Source: Chiloscyllium plagiosum
Taxonomy: Eukaryota
Direction: 5' to 3'
Length of the DNA stretch: 64,000 bases
Assembly (NCBI RefSeq): GCF_004010195.1
Contig: NC_057718.1
Span: 42,422,901 to 42,486,900 of the forward strand
Shown here piece after piece: positions 24,505 through 36,002 of this stretch (positions are counted from its first letter, which is position 1; every line of letters begins with the position of its first letter). Made by a program: the position numbers and the translations under genes. The notes beneath the pieces were generated by a model. That model did not search any database. It was not told the DNA's origin and saw nothing but the letters and a program-made list of their open reading frames with translations.

Positions 24505-27500
24505 CCTAGGCCATTGGGATACCTTCTAGGGAAGGTGGGACCTGTACGTGAAGGACCAGTTGCACCTGAACTGGAGGGGCACAAATGTCCTTGTGGGAGA
24601 TTTGCTCATGTGATTCATGAGGGTTTAAACTAGTTTGGCAGGGGGGTGGGAATCAGAGCCACATGTCTGAGAGGAGGTCAGTTGCAGACCGGGCAGCAAC
24701 AGGATATATTGAACCTATCAGGAAGGTTTCTCACGTGATGAAACAAAGGTATCGGTTAAAGTGTGTCTGCTTTAATGCAAGGAGTGTCCAAAATAAGACT
24801 GACAAACTTAGAGCATGGATCAGTACTTGGGGCTACGATGTTGTGGCCATAACGGAGATGTGGGTTTCATAGGGGCAGGAATGGTTGCTTGATGTTCCAA
24901 CGTTTAAAAAGAACAGGGAGGGTGGAAAAGATGAGGGGGTGTAGCATTGCTAATCAGAGAGTGCATCACAGCTACAGAAACAAAGGTTGTTGAGGAAGGT
25001 TTGTCTACTGAGTCAGTATGGGCGGAAGCTAGGAACAGCAAGGGAACAGCCACCACATTGAGGGTTTTCTACAGACCACCTAATAGCAGTACAGAGATTG
25101 AAGATTTCATAAGCGGGCAGATTCTGGAAAAATGCAGAAGTAGCAAGGTTGTTGTTATGGGTGATTTCAACTTGCCCAATATCAACTGGAACCTCCTAAG
25201 TGCAGATGGTTTGGATGGAGCCGTTTTTTGTCAGGTGTGTTCAGGAGGGTTTCCTTACTCAGTACGTAGACAGACCAACGAGGGGAGAGGCCATTTTGGA
25301 TTTGGTGCTTGGCAACAAGCCGAGACAGGTGTCAGATCTCGCGTTGGTAGAGCACTTTGGTGAGTGATCACAACTGCCTCACATTTAGCATAGCCTTAGA
25401 GAGTGAAAGGAGCAGTTACCGAGGGAAGATATTTAATTGGGGAAAAGCAAATTATGACGCTATCAGACAGGAGTTGCGAAGTACAGACTGGGAGCAATTG
25501 TTCCACAGAAAGGGCACAGCAGACACGTGGAGACTATTTAAGGAGCAGTTGTTGCAAGTGATGTACGCATTTGTTTCTCTAAGACAGGTAAGAAGGGGTA
25601 AGATTAAGGAACCTTGGAGGATAAGAACAGAGGAACTTCTCGTCAAAAGGAAAAAGGCAGCTTACGCAAGGTGGAGGAAGCAAGGATCTGGCACAGCTTT
25701 AGAGGATTACAGGCTTGCTAGAAAAGAGCTCAGAAATGGATGAGGAGAGCCAGGAGGGGGCAAGAATAAAGCTTGACAAGAAGGATTAGGGAGAGCCCAA
25801 AGGTATTTTACTCATACGTGAGGAATAAGAGAATGATCAGAGAGAAGGTAGGGCCGATCAGGGATAGTGGAGGGAACTTGTGCATGGAGTCCAAGCAGAT
25901 AGGGGAAGCCCTAAATTAGTTTTTTGCTTCGGTTTTCACCAAGGAAAGGGAACTTGTTATAAATGAAAACTTGGAGGAGCTGGGATACAGTCTCGACCAG
26001 ATCAAGATTGATGAAGTTGATGTACTAGAAATTTTGGAAAACATTAAGATTGATAAGTCCCCAGGGCCAGACCAGATTTATCCTAGGCTGCTCCGGGAAG
26101 CGAGAAAGGAGGTTGCTAAGCTGCTGACGAGGATATTTGCCTCCTCACTCTCCACAGGAGTCGTACCGGAGGATTGGAAGGAGAAAAATGTTGTTCCTCT
26201 TTTCAAGAAGGGAAATAGGGAAATCCCTGGCAATTACAGACCAGTCAGTCTTATGTCTGTGGTCAGCAAAGTTTTGGAAAGAATTCTGAGGGATAGGATT
26301 TATGACTATTTGGCAAAGCATAGTGTGATTAAAGGGTCATGCCTCACAAATCTTATTGAGTTCTGAGGTGGTGTCAAGACAGGTCGATGACTGTCGAGCA
26401 GTGGATGTGGTGTATATGGACTTCAGCAAGGCATTTGATCAGGTTCCCATGGTAGGCTCATTCATAAGGAAGTATGGGATACAGGGAGATTTGGCTATCT
26501 GGATTCAGAATTGGTTGGCTGACAGAAGGCAGAGAGTGGTTGTAGATGGAACGTATTCTGCCTGGAGGTCAGTATGGACTGGGGTCCCGCAGGGTTCTGT
26601 TCTTGGGCCTCTGCTCTTTGTAGTTTTTATAAATGACTTGGATGAGGAGGTTGAGGGGTGGGTTAGTAAATTTGCAGATGACACAAAGGTTGGAGGCATC
26701 AGTAGTATAGAGGGCTACTGCAGGCTGCAGCACGACATAGACAGGATGCAGAGCTGCGCTGAGAAATGGCAGATGGAATTCAACCTGGATAAATGAAAAG
26801 TGATGCAGTTTGGAAGGTCAAACTCGAATGCTGAAAATGGGATTAAAGACAGGATTCTTGGCAGTGTGGAGGAACAGAGGGATCTGGGTGTGCAAGTACA
26901 TAGATCCCTCAAAGTTGCCACCCAAGTGGCTAGGGTTGTTAAGAAAGCATATGGTGTTTTGGCTTTCATTAACAGGAGGATTGAGTTTAAGAGCCGCGAG
27001 GTTTTGCTGCAGCTCTACAAGTCCCTGGTGAGACCACACTTGGAATATTGTATCCAGTTCTGGTTGCCCTACTATAGGAAAGATACAGAGGCTTTGGACA
27101 GGGTGCAAAGAAGGTTTACCAGGATGCTGCCTGGACTGGAGGGCTTGCCTTATGAAGAAAGGTTAAATAAGCTCGGAATTTTCTCTCTGGAGAGAAGGAG
27201 GAAGAGAGGAGACTGGATCGAGGTGTACAAAATAATGAGTGGAATAGATAGAGTCAATAGCCAGAGACTTTTCCCCAGGGCAGGATTGACTGGTACGAGG
27301 AGTCATATGAGGAGTCATATTAGGAGGAAGGTATAAAGGAGATGTCAGAGGCAGGTTCTTTACGCAGCGAGTTGTGAATGCATGGAATGCATTGCCAGAG
27401 TGGAAGCAGTTGCCAGTGGAAGCAGAGTCACTGGGGACATTGAAGTGACTGCTGGACATGCATATGGATAGCAGTGAGTTGAGGGGTGCGTAGGTTAAGT

Positions 27501-27586
27501 TACTATATTTTACATTAGGATTAAATCTCAGCACAACATCGTGGGCCAAAGGGCCTGCTCTGTGCTGTACTTTTCTATGTTCTATT
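24505..27586 (+). mobile_element. Near full-length CR1 LINE ORF2 (APE + RT) with the end of ORF1; inactivated by stops and frameshifts
   Basis: ORF1 esterase-like LHLNWRGTNVL. APE motifs FNARS…VAITEMW and VVMGDFN. RT motifs YMDFSKAFD, GVPQGSVLGPLLF and KFADDTK. Tail TTCTATGTTCTAT. Confidence 0.95.
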
Positions 27587-27614
27587 CCACATAGTGGATC
27601 CAGTTACTGTAGCT

Positions 27615-27835
27615 AATCCACCTAACCTGCACACCCCTTGACACTAAAGATTATTTAGAATGGCCAATACACCTTACCTGCAGATTTTTGTAATGTGGGA
27701 ATGAAATCAGAGCACGCAGAAACTCACACAGACACCAGGAGAACACACAAACTCCACACAGCCACTCAAGGCTGGAATTGAACCAGGGTCCCTGGCTGTG
27801 AGGCAACTGTGCTAACTACTGACCAACCATGTCGC
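27615..27835 (-). mobile_element. Degenerate HE1-type SINE
   Basis: Similar to 8443-8630. Confidence 0.7.
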
Positions 27836-29049
27836 CTAGTACTGTTGGGACTGCAATCAGTCCCAGGGTGAAGGTCTCAATTGTTTCCAGATTCAGGTAA
27901 GTCAGATTTATTACGTTGGCTGGATTTCAAGGTCTCTAAAGATGGAAGGCTGAGGGTTACTCATGATATGGAAAGGGAACAGCCTGGAGATAGTAGTCAA
28001 TTTCCTTCCCAGACTTCCAAAAACCTGCAAAAAAATTTAGGCAAGCCTAAATGTATTATGACAAAAACTATCTCCACTTCAATGACATTAGCATTGTTGA
28101 ATCCTTGATTACCAACTTCCATTAACAAGAAACTAAAGTGGACAATCCATATTAATAACATGGATAAAACAGCAGATCAGTGACTTGGAATTCAGAGGTA
28201 AGTAACTTGCCTTCCATCTTTAACACCTACACACCATTTACAAGTACAATTCAGGAGTATGATGAAATACACTCCAATTGCCTGGAGTAGTGGATCTCCA
28301 ATGTTATCCAGGAAAAGGCAAACTGTTATATCGGCACCCCGTACTCTATGTTAAACATTCACTCCCTTCACCATTAATGCATAATTGCAACACCGTATGC
28401 CATATGCAAGATGGGTGACCTCTAGCACCAGAGAAGAACAAAAACAGCAGCCATATGGGTACAGCAAATAACATGCAAGTTCCCTTCGAAACTACACACC
28501 ATCCTGACTTGCAACTAAATTACCATTGCTTCACCGTCACTGGATCAAAATCCTGGAACACTGTTCCTAACAGCATTGTAGGTGTACTTGAATCATTCAT
28601 AACAACAGCGTCATTCCGTGAAACAAGAAGAAAAAAAGTTAAATCTCTTTGAACTTTTAGTTTGCGTAGTTGCAGAGCGAAGCTGACGAAGGAACAGTAC
28701 TCGGAAAGCTTGTGATTTCAAATAAACTTGCTAGGCTACAATCTGATGTCTCGTGACTTCCGACAGAAAGAAAAGGGCAAAGAATACTGGATCAAACCCA
28801 TTTAGTTTTGTGTTTTTAATTAATCTATTTTGTCTAATTCATCTATTCACATATTCAGATATCTTTATCTTTGAATGTTACTTTTTTGTCAGATGCTAGT
28901 TAGTCTCTAATGAATCATAGGATAGGCAAAATCAACGTTTCGGGCATGAGCCCTTCATCAGGAATGTAGGGGATGGGGGAAAGGGGGTTGAGAGATAAAT
29001 GGGGGGGGGGTGGGGGTGGGGGGGGGGAGTGGGACTGGAGGGAAGGTAG

Positions 29050-29326
29050 NNNNNNNNNNNNNNNNNNNNNNNNNNNNNNNNNNNNNNNNNNNNNNNNNNN
29101 NNNNNNNNNNNNNNNNNNNNNNNNNNNNNNNNNNNNNNNNNNNNNNNNNNNNNNNNNNNNNNNNNNNNNNNNNNNNNNNNNNNNNNNNNNNNNNNNNNNN
29201 NNNNNNNNNNNNNNNNNNNNNNNNNNNNNNNNNNNNNNNNNNNNNNNNNNNNNNNNNNNNNNNNNNNNNNNNNNNNNNNNNNNNNNNNNNNNNNNNNNNN
29301 NNNNNNNNNNNNNNNNNNNNNNNNNN
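29050..29326. other. Assembly gap (N run)
   Basis: Run of N characters. Confidence 1.
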
Positions 29327-29354
29327 CTCAACCCCCTTTTCCCCCATCCCCTAC

Positions 29355-29390
29355 ATTCCTGATGAAGGGCTCATGCCCGAAACGTTGATT
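29355..29390 (+). ncRNA. Minimal hammerhead ribozyme motif (PLE family A); mirror copy on minus at about 28931-28966
   Basis: CTGATGA-A-GGGC TCAT GCCC-GAA-ACGT-T-GA. Conserved core, stem II and palindromic ACGT stem III; very short stem I. Confidence 0.65.
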
Positions 29391-30348
29391 TTGCCTGTCC
29401 TCGGATGCTGCCTGAATTGCTGTGCTCTTCCAGCACCACTGATCCAGAATCTGGTTTCCAGCATCTGCAGTCATTGTTTTTACCTCGTGTTTTTACCCTA
29501 TCTAATGAATCATAGCCTTGTTCAGCTCGGTGTCTCCATTTCATACTGCTTATTTTAACGAAATTGTTATATTTATCTATTGCCTTTATAGGTTTCCTTA
29601 TTCTATTATAATTTACGTTTTATTAAATCCTCCCACCTCAGTTCCTACTCCTATACATTTTCTTTAGGTTACTAAAGCTCGATGTACCACAAGTTTTTCT
29701 AGTCATCAGGGCACTGGTCTCAACTCACTTAGAGTTTCACCCAAACAAAAACACAGAAATCGCTGGAAAAAAAACTCAGCTGATCTGGCAGTATCTGTGG
29801 AGAGAAAGCAGACTTAGCGTCTTGGGTTCAGTGACCCACTGGAGTTTCTGTTTTTGTTTCAGATTTCCAGCATCCGTAGTTCGTATTTGTCCACCCATTA
29901 CTAAGGAACAGCTCCGTATCTCTACAGTACTCGAATTAATGTTTCCCGAATCAAAACCCATAGATCTCACACCACTCCCTCATCCACATATTTCACTATC
30001 TAATCTGATCTGCCTGCATGTAACAAAATATATTAACTGTGAGGTACTGTATGTTAATTCCAATTCAGCAATAACTCTTCCCACTCAAGTTCCAGTGTCA
30101 AAGCCGAGCAGCCTTCAGGTGCAGCATACGAAAGTATAACATTAATGTCATTCTCGACTATCTTTACTAAGACATTAGCCACATTTTACATAAAGTAGAA
30201 CACAGGACACCAGTTAATCTCTCACGCACACTACTTTTGAAACCATCTTGAGTTGACAGGGGAAGGGGTGCAACTGTAAATAATTCCTCAACGGCAGTGA
30301 AGGTCTTTCTTCTACCCTTTTTTGCATAGTGCTTTCTCCTTTCCTTAC

Positions 30349-30416
30349 CTGTTTCTGCGGAAAAATTCCTCTTCCAGTCCCTGCAGCTGCATCTTCAGCG
30401 TCAACGCAGTCGCCAT
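30349..30416 (-). CDS. SPATA17: SPATA17 coding exon 1 (MATALTLKMQLQGLEEEFFRRN+AG), 68 nt, phase-2 end
   Basis: ATG in AAGATGG context at 30416; donor AG|GTAAGG at 30348. Resembles the human SPATA17 N-terminus as recalled (MATLARLQ...YYFRNS). Splices in frame to the next three exons. Lies head-to-head with GPATCH2, as in human. Confidence 0.9.
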
Positions 30417-31030
30417 CTTTAGTTGTGGCTGTTGCTATGGTTACAGGGCGAGTCCACTGCACCCGCGCAACTCCGAGCAGCGGCTGCAACGAGCAGGCAA
30501 GACACTGAAATCTGATCGTCGTGTTCGTTTTGTTTCGGAATAGCGACAGACACTTTTTAATCTGCCGTCCGGGTTGTCTGGAAACGTGAGGAAAGGCCGA
30601 CGTGGGCCCAGTCGAATGGTTTGGGCCTCCTGCCTCCTTCCGGACGTTGGCTTTTCTCTTCCCGTCGTCCCTCGGGCTGGACATGGTGGCTCCTGGAGTT
30701 CGTTAGGGCCAATGTCTGACAGTTGTGTATTATCGCAGTTGCAGTAGCTAGACTCCTCTTTGAAACACCGTGGATGTTCGCTGCGACGAGCCAACAAGCT
30801 TTGCGTAATCCGGCTCGTGGCTGGTGAGTACCCGACTCCTCAAGCGTCCGTTTCTATCCTACGCGGTGCTTTGGCTCACATGAGTCTGCAGAGCCGGGGC
30901 AAGCGGGGAGGCCCCTGCTACCTGCTTTGCTGCATCTCGTAAGTAACTTCGATCCTTCACATGATCTGGAAGGGATTTTGTTGAAAGTAATATTGCACTT
31001 CTGCATCACCTGCCCCGCCCCCATTTCACT
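30400..31030. promoter_or_regulatory. CpG-rich bidirectional promoter shared by SPATA17 and GPATCH2 (357 bp between the ATGs)
   Basis: Visibly higher CpG density than the AT-rich flanks. RFX X-box-like GTTGCTATGGTTAC (30431-30444) and GTTGTCTGGAAAC (30573-30585). YY1-like CGCCATCTT (30411-30419), ETS-like CTTCCGG (30637-30643), CCAAT (30709-30713), GC box near 31013. Confidence 0.8.
30774..30823 (+). CDS. GPATCH2: GPATCH2 coding exon 1 (MFAATSQQALRNPARG+TG), 50 nt
   Basis: ATG at 30774; canonical donor TG|GTGAGT at 30824. Resembles the recalled human MFGAAGRQ...NSW with a split Trp codon. In frame with the exon at 46184. Confidence 0.85.
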
Positions 31031-31611
31031 ATCTTTGGAGGCCTTGTAGCGTGATCACCAGTTAGGGTGGATTTGGATAAACACACAATTTGCAAGCGCT
31101 GTGCGCCCAACCTCAGGAAGTTGGGTAAAATAGAAGTAAGATGCCGCGGATATTTGAAAAGAAATAGGGATCAGTTAATCCTCTTCCCGAAGTGACTTTA
31201 CGGTTATCGAATTATGTTTATTAATTAAAACTCAAGAGGTGGGAGCTATTTCTGAGCAGTTATAGATTTTGAACCTTTGGAATGTAATCAGTAATGTGTA
31301 TGAAAACAGGATAAAAATGATTAAACAAACTAGTTTTTCATCATATTCATGTGTCAATCAGGGAAAGAAAGTGTTTTCATTTGGGGAGTGTCGGCTATTC
31401 AGATTTTGATGAGCCTGAATCAAGATTACGTTTTTCTTGATTTCGTTTTGATATCAATCTTTATTTGAAGTTAAATTCTGGGCAAGCATGAAGATATAAC
31501 TATGTGCACTTTGGAGTGTAGGGTTAAAAAATTGGTTGAGTAAGATCTTTGCGAGAGCACTAACATTCATTAAAGGAAATGCACACTGTGTGTAATGTTT
31601 TCAAAAGTTAT

Positions 31612-32760
31612 AATAGACAATAGATGCAGGAGTAGGCCATTCTGCCTTTCAAGCCTGCACCACCATTCAATATGATCATGGCTGATCATCCTTAATCAGT
31701 ATCCTGTTCCTGCCTTATCTCCATAACTCTTGATTCCACCATCCTTGAGAGCTCTATCCAACTCTTTCTTAAATGAATCCAGAGACTGGGCCTCCACTGC
31801 CCTCTGGGGCAGAGCATTCCACACAGCCACCACTCTCTGGGTGACCAAGGTTCTCCTCATCTCTGTCCTATATGGTCTACCCCGTATTTTTAAGCTGTGT
31901 CCTCTGGTTCGGCACTCACCCATCAGCGGAAACATGTTTCCTGCCTCCAGAGTGTCCAATCCTTTAATAATCTTATATGTCTCAATCAGATCCCCTTTCA
32001 GTCGTCTAAACTCAACGATATACAAGCCCAGTCGCTCCAGTCTTTCAGCGTAAGGTAGTCCCGCCATTCCAGGAATTGACCTCGTGAACCGACGCTGCAC
32101 TCCCTCAATAGCCAGAGTGTCTTTCCTCAAATTTGGAGACCAGAACTGGACACAATACTGCAGGTATGGTCTCACCAGGGCCCTGTACAGCTGCAGAAGA
32201 ACCTCTTTGCTTCTATACTCAATCCGTCTTGTTATGAAGGCCAGCATGCTATTAGCCGCCTTCACTACCTGCTGTACCTGCATGCTTACCTTCATTGACT
32301 GGTGTAGCTGAATTCCAGAAGATTAGTCAAGCACGATTTTCCCTTCATAAGTCCAGGCTGACTCTGATCTATCCTGTTACTACTATCCAGATGTGTCGTA
32401 ATTTCATCCTTTATAATAGACTCCAGCATCTTTCCCACAACTGAAGTCAGACTAACTGGTCTATAATTTCCTGCTTTCTCTCTCCCATCTTTCTTAAAAA
32501 GTGGTACAACAATAGCCACCTTCCAATTCGCAGGAACTGATCCCGAATCTATTGAACTCTGGAAAATAATCACCAATGCATCCACGATTTCTCGAGCCAC
32601 CTCCTTCAGTACCCTGGGATGTAGACCATCAGGCCCCGGGGACTTATCAACCTTCGGACCTAACAGTCTCTCCAACACCAATTCCTGGCAAATATAAATT
32701 CCCTTAAGTTCAGGTTCTTCAGCCACTGTTACCTCAGGGAGATTGCTTGTGTCTTCCCCA
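31612..32760 (-). mobile_element. CR1 LINE 3' portion with an internal deletion of the RT core near 32305
   Basis: ORFs 32292-32840 (KSPGPDGLHPRVLKE…CLTNLLEF) and 31696-32295 (LQLYRALVRP…QRVVAVWNALP). Tail (CTATTGT)n. Confidence 0.92.
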
Positions 32761-32859
32761 GTTGGAGTGTGGTCATTTTGTTCCTCATGCAATTTTGTTG
32801 CTTTAAACTGGTAATAAAAAAATGTTGGAAGTATCAACATCTGTGGAGAGAGAAACAGA

Positions 32860-33390
32860 ATTAGTGTTTTCTGGTACCTAAAGAAAGGATATACATTGGT
32901 GGCAGTTCAAAAGAAATTTACTGGGCTCATACCTGGGAAGAAGGAGTTGAATTTATCTTGAATGGCTAAGCAGATTTGATATTAGAATTTAGAAGAATAA
33001 GGGGTGATCTTATTGGAACATATGACCTGTCAAACCCGTCAGAACCTGGTTTGTGGAGAAGATGTTTCCACAAATGGGGAAATCTCAAACTGAGCAACAT
33101 AGAGAATAACAGGAAATTCATTTAATACTTAAACACAAAGGAGTTTCTTCTTCTAAAGGGTAGTGATGTCTGGAATTCTTTACTGCAGACACCTGTGGAG
33201 TCTACCACAGAAAGTATTTATAGGGAAGGTCGATAGCTCTCAATTCCTTAATATTTCATGAATCTTTTGGGAGCTGGTGCAAAAGAGGAGTTAGTCCTGG
33301 AGCAGGTCAGCTATAATCTTTTGGAATGGCTGCAAAGACATGAGGGATTGAATGATGTATTACTGCTCCCATTGCTTATGTTATCTTTTC
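32860..33390 (+). mobile_element. Old CR1 3' fragment
   Basis: Degenerate AVQKKFT…GDL…WNSL pattern. Confidence 0.55.
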
Positions 33391-35319
33391 GTCAGAATCT
33401 GTAATGTTAGTTCTGTTCTCTCTTTAGATAAACTTGTATATTTTTTGTATTTCTATTATAAATTTTTGTATCCAAACTTACAGCATATGTAAACATTCAT
33501 GTTGTCACTACATCTTTCTGCAGCTGGCCTTGCTGAGGTATTATTGGAATATAATTCAAGAATTGCCTTTTCTTCTGAAGTCCTGAGAACATGATATCAG
33601 AACATCTAATGACTTTGTTTTTATAGTTGAAAGGCTTGTTAAACCACCTGATGATAGAAAGACATCATAGCTGTATTTATTATGACTACTGTGATAGCGC
33701 ACTCTAAATTGAGCCCTGCTGAATCTGGAGTCATAACAATTGTTTCTTATAATAAAAATGTACATGGTACCCAATTGGCTAGTTTCCTGACCAAGGTCAA
33801 TTGTCAGCATTTATCAGGTTTTTGTAGTGACCAAGAATTAATATTAATTAGAAGTAATTAGACAATAGCTACAGGTAAAGAGATATAAGCCATTGCCATA
33901 TAATATTACTAACTGAAACTCTAATTGCCTTAAACATCCCATTACACACAAACACAGACAAATAGATAGGGGAAATAGATTATTATTGGAGGTAGAAAGT
34001 CAGTTCAGGGATCTTTGCTTCCTGTTTCTGATGTTGGGGCGAGATAGGCTATTGTTTTTTTTCGAATGAACTGGTTTGTCAGAAGCTCAGAATGGATAGT
34101 CCACTAGTAGAATGCATCTTATTTATTAATTTGAAAGTCACAGCTCACAGCAACTTCTGCAGGAAAAGTCACTGGTTGACTTCAAGTTTAACCACCATTA
34201 TTTACTGCAGAGAACAGGTGACTTTGATTAAAGAGAATAGTTGCATGCATGATTTTCTGTGCGGTTCCACCCTTCTCAGCTGAAAACCAATCAGCTGCAC
34301 ATCGCAGGAATCCACAACTCTAAAAACAGTTCACAACATATATCAAATTCCTTGCCATTAAATTATGCAGCTATCCTGATAAATACCTATTTTTAAAAAC
34401 AGTTATTTCTCATTGCAGTCCACAATTTTTTAGACACACAGAAATAACAAAAGTCAATCCTTATATTTGACACTGACAAATAGGCTCGATAACTGTATGG
34501 CAGAATTTCTAAGAGAGTATTGAATGATTTGATAATAATAACGATGATGTTAGCCTGCATACTGTTATCATAATTGAAAGCCATGACAACATTCCACGAT
34601 AGAGTTTGAACTCACATGCGCATGCATACATACTCATCAAGTTACTAGTTCAGTTCTAAAACCGTAATGCGAACCAGAGCACTAATTCAGTCGTATAGTT
34701 TGATTGATGTTTGAAGTTAATTGCACTCTGGCTGCTAGGAATTGTCTCATTCGGAAACAGCATGTGAGAAGAAAGGTGTTGAACTGCTGGTACCTTAGAA
34801 AGTCTTTAAACTTTGGGAACCAGTTAATTGTTTGTGTGTGCATGGAAGTCCAAATGCATTCTAACACCGGGGAACTGGTCAATGTATGTCAGGAATTTTT
34901 GACAAGAGATGTTGTTTGTATGAATAGAAATTGATAAGCAATTGGTGCAAAGCATAGTGAGAGTTTAAGACATTCAGAAGCCCCTTTTATGGATTGTATT
35001 ATTCATGGTTTTGGGTGACACTGTTAGGAGTAAGTTTATTTTGTGTGTGTGTGTGTTCTACAGTCAGTGCACTTTCATGTGTCTCGGTATGAGTGGGTAT
35101 CAGTGTGTTGTGAAAATGTTTAATGTAATTTGTTACAGGACTAAAACATATCAGGTGGGGGATTATAATGTTAATGCAGATGAATGAGTTGGGGGAAAGA
35201 ATTTTGAATTTGAGAGACTGATAAGCACTTTTATTGCAATTATCATCCAAAAGATGATCCATGTTTATGTATAGGGGTTAAACTTCAAGGTATGAAAGCA
35301 ATAAACAATAGATGGATTT

Positions 35320-36002
35320 GGATGTAGGTTTGCTATCTGAGCTGGAAGTTTCATTTTCAGACGTTTCGTCACCATACTAGGTGAAGTCTTCACTGACCTC
35401 CAGACGAAGCATTGCTGATGATTCCTGTTTTCTATTTATATGTTTAGGTTTCTTTGGGTTGGTGATGTCATTTCCTGTTCTTTTTCTCAGGTGGTGGTAA
35501 ATTGGGTCGAAGTCAATGTGTTTGATGATATTTCCGGTTGGAATGCCATGCTTCTAGGAATTCTCGTGCGTGTCTCTGTTTGGCTTATCCTAGGATGGAT
35601 GTGTTGTCCCAGTTGAAGTGGTGTCCTTCCTCATCTGTATGTAAGGATATTAATGAGAGAGAGAGAGAGAGAGAGAGACGAGAATTCCTAGAAGCATGGC
35701 ATTCCAACTGGAACTCTACCAACAAACACATTGACTTGGACCTGATTTACCACACCCTGAGGAAAAAAAACAGTAAATGACACCACCACACGAAATGACA
35801 CCATCACAGGAAATGACATCATCAACCCAAAGAAACCCAAACATATAAATAGAAAGCAGGAATCATCAGCAATGCTTCATCCGGAGGTCACTGAAGATGT
35901 TACCTAGTACGGTGACGAAATGTCTAAAATGAACCTTCCAGATCAGCGAGCAAACCTACTTCCAGAACATCAGCTTGAGCTACAAATCTTCTCAAAACTC
36001 GC
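35320..36002. mobile_element. Head-to-head PLE family B fold-back around a (GA)n spacer
   Basis: Left arm minus, right arm plus (REFLEAWHSNWNSTNKHIDLD). 14-bp TSD CAATAGATGGATTT (35306-35319 and 36003-36016). Confidence 0.85.

Larger units (their letters stand above)
28921..29500. mobile_element. Head-to-head PLE family A fold-back spanning an assembly gap
   Basis: 28921-28992 is a near-perfect inverted copy of 29327-29399. 15-bp TSD TCTAATGAATCATAG (28906-28920 and 29501-29515). Confidence 0.85.

Noticed and set aside
24505..27586. Active CR1 element
   Set aside because: ORF2 is broken by several stops and frameshifts, and ORF1 is truncated.
28915..29558. Long ORFs in the ORF track
   Set aside because: Artefacts of translating the N gap.
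30214..30942. ORFs 30214-30684 (-), 30441-30797 (-) and 30760-30942 (+) as genes
   Set aside because: GC-rich promoter frames with no recognisable protein; the true exons use other frames.
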